Of a DNA stretch of 64,000 bases, positions 59,983 to 64,000 are shown one piece after another. Location of the stretch: the NCBI GenBank assembly GCA_904063045.1, contig CAJFCJ010000019.1:3540684-3604683 (forward strand), in the 5' to 3' direction. The notes beneath the pieces are model-generated. The model saw only the letters and a list, made by a program, of their open reading frames with translations. It made no database searches and was not told the DNA's origin. Position numbers and translations under genes: made by a program. This DNA is from Dimorphilus gyrociliatus (lineage: Eukaryota > Animalia > Annelida). The first letter of the stretch is position 1. Each line of letters begins with the position of its first letter.

Positions 59983-62900
59983 TTAAAAACATTTTTTCGC
60001 GCCAATAGCCTTGTCAACCGCTTTAGCAGTCTCCTGCAACAATAGGTCGAATATGGCATCGGTTAATTTCATCTTTACCTCAAATTCGTCTTGGTCGTAT
60101 GTTACCCACTCGGGTTCATCTTCTCGCAATTCGGATATAAGAACAACGTCAACATAATCCGATTTACGTTTGTCGACGGAGAGGATAGCGTCGTTAACTT
60201 TTGATGGGTTCAAGAGAGTGACCAACTTGTTAGAAACCAATGGTCGGACGGTATCTAGTACGGCGGGAGGAGTTTGTGGACAAATGAGGCCTTTTGATTT
60301 CATGTACGAAGGTTCGGGGTTTGTTTCCGATTCTTCCTTAAACATTTCTTGTAATGTTGATTTAGTTAGCTCAAAAACTAATTTTCTATAAGATTTTTCT
60401 GATTGAGATGCTTTCGGGTCGGACGGGGCTTTAAGATACGACTGAGGGATATCTTGAATATCATCCCAGCATTGACCACAACGCCTAAAGGACCATAAAA
60501 CGTCAACAGCCTCCCCTACTACTTTCTCTATAGCTTCTTCAGAGCAGGGTACCAATGATTGATATGCAGGTGGGGGTTTAGGTTTTTTCATTTCTTCCCA
60601 ATCATCTATCCATTCGTTATCATCCAGACCTGTAATACTTTCCATTTCCTTATATAGATCAGTAAGAGCATCCATTTTTACTTTGGCACTCTCCTCCTTG
60701 GTCCACCTTTCAGTCTTACCTTCTTCCAATTCTTCCACTTCATCTTCAACTTTCACTTCTGAAGTCTTTTCAATTTGATTCGATTCGCTACCTTCATTTG
60801 TTTTGGAAAAATTACTTTGTTTCTCTCGTTTTATAGCAATAATGTGCGAGACAGTTTCATTTAATAATTTCTTTGTTGCGTCGTTTAGTAGTTTGTCCGT
60901 AGTCTCTTCAATATCTTTCTTGGTAAATTTTGTCTGTGCTTTCTCGTTCTCCAATGATAACTCTTCAATATGTTCGCTAACGTCCTCAGGAACTTGTTCC
61001 GGCTCCGATACAGAAGATTTTTCAGCTATTATCCTCTTACTACTATCACTACTACTAGATTCGCTAATATCTTCCTCGACTATTTCTTCAACATCTTCAA
61101 TAATAGCGCTAGAACTTAAATCTTTTGTTTCCGATTTCTCCGTAGGTTTTCGACTACTAGTTGTGCTATGTTGATTTTTATCAGCTGCAGAGGTGCGACT
61201 TGAAGATTCAGCCGAAGTTGAAGAAGAACCTCGACTAATGCTTGCTGTTGTTTCCTCGCTTTCGCTTCCACTATAAACCTCTTCAACAGAAGATGTTTTA
61301 CCTGCACGATAAGATACACTATTTTTCTCGGACTGATCCGATTTATACGATTTCTCAGAACTTTCCGACTTCGATTTATTGGACTTTTCCGATCTATCTG
61401 ACTCATAGGATCTCTCAGATATTGATTCGCTAATGCTTGATCTTGTGAATGATGTTTTATACGAATCTTTGTTAACGCTTTCGGGCAAAGCAACAGAATT
61501 TTCTTGAATGTCCTCTGAAATACTTCCTTTTATCGAGACAGCAATTGAATCTTTCTTAGAAACTTCGTCCTCGTCAACTTCCGGTATGTTGCGTCCTGTA
61601 TCGAGACGATCAACATCGTGTTCATCATCTGATGCCGACTTAGAGTGAATAGATAATTTCATTTCCGATTTGGATGGATCAACTTCACTTTCTACTTCTT
61701 CTGTTATAATTTCTTCACCGGGAGCTTCACTTATGCTGACCACTTTCTTTCCGCTAAGATGAGAAGGAGCTCCGGATTTGGTTGTTGAAAAATCAGCTGA
61801 GTAGCTGGTTATGTTACTTCTAGACTTTTGAATTGATTCGCTAATAGATTGAGTTGTTATCTTTTCAGAAAGAATATCCGAAGATTCAGAAACAGTATCT
61901 TCCTTCGATGAAGCTCGTCGAGGTTGAGACGATAACAATTGCAATTCGTCCTTTAGCTTTTTCTCTTCTTCTTGAAGTTTTTCTCGTCGTTTTTTCTTGG
62001 CTAATTCTTCAGCATGCGCTCTCTTCTTCAAGACTTGCTGTTTTAACTGAGCAATTCGTGTTTCCAAATCAAACGATTCATTTTCACTGTCATTATCTCG
62101 CGTCGAAGGACTAAAATATGAAAAATTTTTCAATAAAGTGTAAATAACTTGCATTTTGAAAAATAATTAACGACGACATACCTGACATGTTCGCTAATAG
62201 CGGATTGATTGTATGACGTATCCTCTTTTATTGAATCTGATGATTTGCTCGGTCCAGCTATTAAAATAAAAATTAATTGAAAAAAACAAAATGGCAAATG
62301 TTTTATCTACACAAACCTTTTAATAATTCTGAAAAGTGTTCATCAAGATTCTTACGTTCGTAGACGGAAAGTGCTTCTTGCTCAAGAGCCCTAATACAAC
62401 GTTCTTCGGCATCTAAGCGCTCTTTCCATTGTAACAATTCTTCAGCTTGCTTACGCCTTAATTTTAATTTCTGCTCTCGTTTGGTTAAATGTCTAACATA
62501 AGTTAAAAAAAAAATTACTATTATGATCAATTGAATAGAAAATATGTTACTTTTCATGGATCTTGAATTTTTTCAATTTGCTTAAAACATTATCTCCAGA
62601 TGGTGAGGTAACTTGCTTACTTACATCCGATTCCGAAGCTTTAATAAACAATAAAACTATACATATTTAAATATTTACTTAAAAAAATCATTTTACCTTT
62701 AGGAGTTGTTTCTTCTTCAATACTTTGTTCAGTTGTCTGTTAGAAAAATATGTAAATGTATTAATAATATTTATAATAAACATAAATCTTACCTTCGATT
62801 TATCATCTGTGAGAAATTCATCTCTATCCTTTGAAGATAATTTTGATTTTTGAATCTTTTTCTCCTATTTAATAAAAGAAGAAGATAGATTAGTTAAATT

Positions 62901-64000
62901 AAATGATATATACGTAGAATATTCTTCTCTTGAAAGCAGGAGGGGGGAGGGAGAAGAGAGAGAAAAAAGCACACACAAATATACGCAGTCTACATATATA
63001 CATATATATATATGCCAATATGCAAAAAAGAAAACCAATATTTGAAACACTGTGTAAAAAAAACGCAAATATTTTTCTTCTTTATACTAGAATGAATCAT
63101 TTAGTTGTTTATTTGATATAATTTATTAAATTACAGAATAAACTAGGGAATAAAACAAAAAAAGAGCTTATAGTAATAATATATTGTAGATTATTTAAAC
63201 TAAATGATATTTTTTGATAAAGAAGAAAAAAAAGGGATCTTGATCGGATATAGGAATAAGGAATTGGTTTTGGGAAGAGGCTTTGAAATATTGCAGTAAG
63301 AGTAAGATTACGTTGAAAAGAGCGAAAAAAAAACTAGGACCGTGACCGATTAAACTGCATTATATATATAGCAAGTTTATATAATATAACAACGAGCGTG
63401 CGTTTAATGATTTATTTACCTTCCTTTCGCTCGATGGCAGAGGTTGGCGTTTACGCTCTGCCTGTCGACTACGATGCCATAACTGCCATGAAAGTTTTAG
63501 AAAGAGAAATATAGAGAAATTTGCTAAATTAAGCTTAATCTAAAGGTTTGACAGAAGAGGAGCTAATAAGAATAGCTAAACTATTTCTCACCTTTTCAGC
63601 ACGGAGACCCTTTAAAATAAGTCTTCTTTGAACGCTTGCTTGCTTCATTTCTGATTTTCGTCTTTCTATTTCGGCTTTTTCTTGTTCCAGTGACAATAAT
63701 ACAGATCGGCTACGTTTTTTTGGATAAGGATCATCCGTTCGACGATCTTTCCTACTTTGAGTTTGAGTCTTCTGCCATTCAAGTTCGGCTTTCATTTTTT
63801 CTTGTACAGCTTTCTCTCGTAATTTAAGAAGTGCCAATTGATGCTGGGATCTAAGCTCTTCTTCTGCAATATATTGTTTCAGCATATTGGCATTAAAAGC
63901 GGCAAATGAACCGGATGTGCTAAATGCCGTGTGACCTTCATTTTCGGTCTTTGAGATATCATTTATGCTAACTCCAGACACATCAGAGAGAGAACTTTTA
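59983..64000 (-). CDS. CEP350: Centrosomal protein CEP350, 3' portion (runs off the window end); no CAP-Gly domain visible
   Basis: EEELRSQHQLALLKLREKAVQEKMKAELEW; RRKQAEELLQWKERLDAEE; C-terminal DUF4378-type ELREDEPEWVTYDQDEFEVKMKLTDAIFDLLLQET. Confidence 0.9.

Overview
This is eukaryotic (animal) genomic DNA, not prokaryotic. It is AT-rich (roughly 30% GC by eye) and gene-dense, with many ~50-70 nt GT-AG introns. That pattern fits a very compact invertebrate genome; a miniaturised annelid such as Dimorphilus is my inference, not something the sequence proves. I can reconstruct about 20 spliced genes by hand. In order they are: a stand-alone saccharopine-dehydrogenase-like gene, AK8, a divergent gene that may be TOP6BL-like, a C18orf63/DUF4708-like gene, NEK9, a B3GALT-family glycosyltransferase, a coiled-coil/K-rich unknown, an intronless peptide-receptor-like GPCR, DRAP1, a stand-alone OvoA-C-terminal-type methyltransferase, AP1G1, HEATR5B, an S/K-rich unknown, CDK2AP1, NGDN, a MAP4K3/5-like kinase, an Egt2/EgtE-like PLP C-S lyase, ACOX1-like, PSMD8, a hidden multi-exon gene largely missed by the ORF track, and the 3' part of CEP350. 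I saw no rRNA, tRNA, CRISPR array or intact transposon. Leads most worth checking: (1) two separate thiohistidine (ovothiol/ergothioneine)-pathway-type enzymes with no sulfoxide synthase in the window; (2) a monofunctional SDH with substituted substrate-binding residues; (3) a head-to-head pair of candidate germline genes; (4) recurrent TA-CAG-TA/TA-CTG-TA motifs in TA tracts that match Tc1/mariner excision footprints; (5) a U12-type intron in DRAP1; (6) AP1G1 directly beside its cofactor HEATR5, within a block that appears to preserve ancient linkage. All exon models and homology calls are by eye; no database searches were run.
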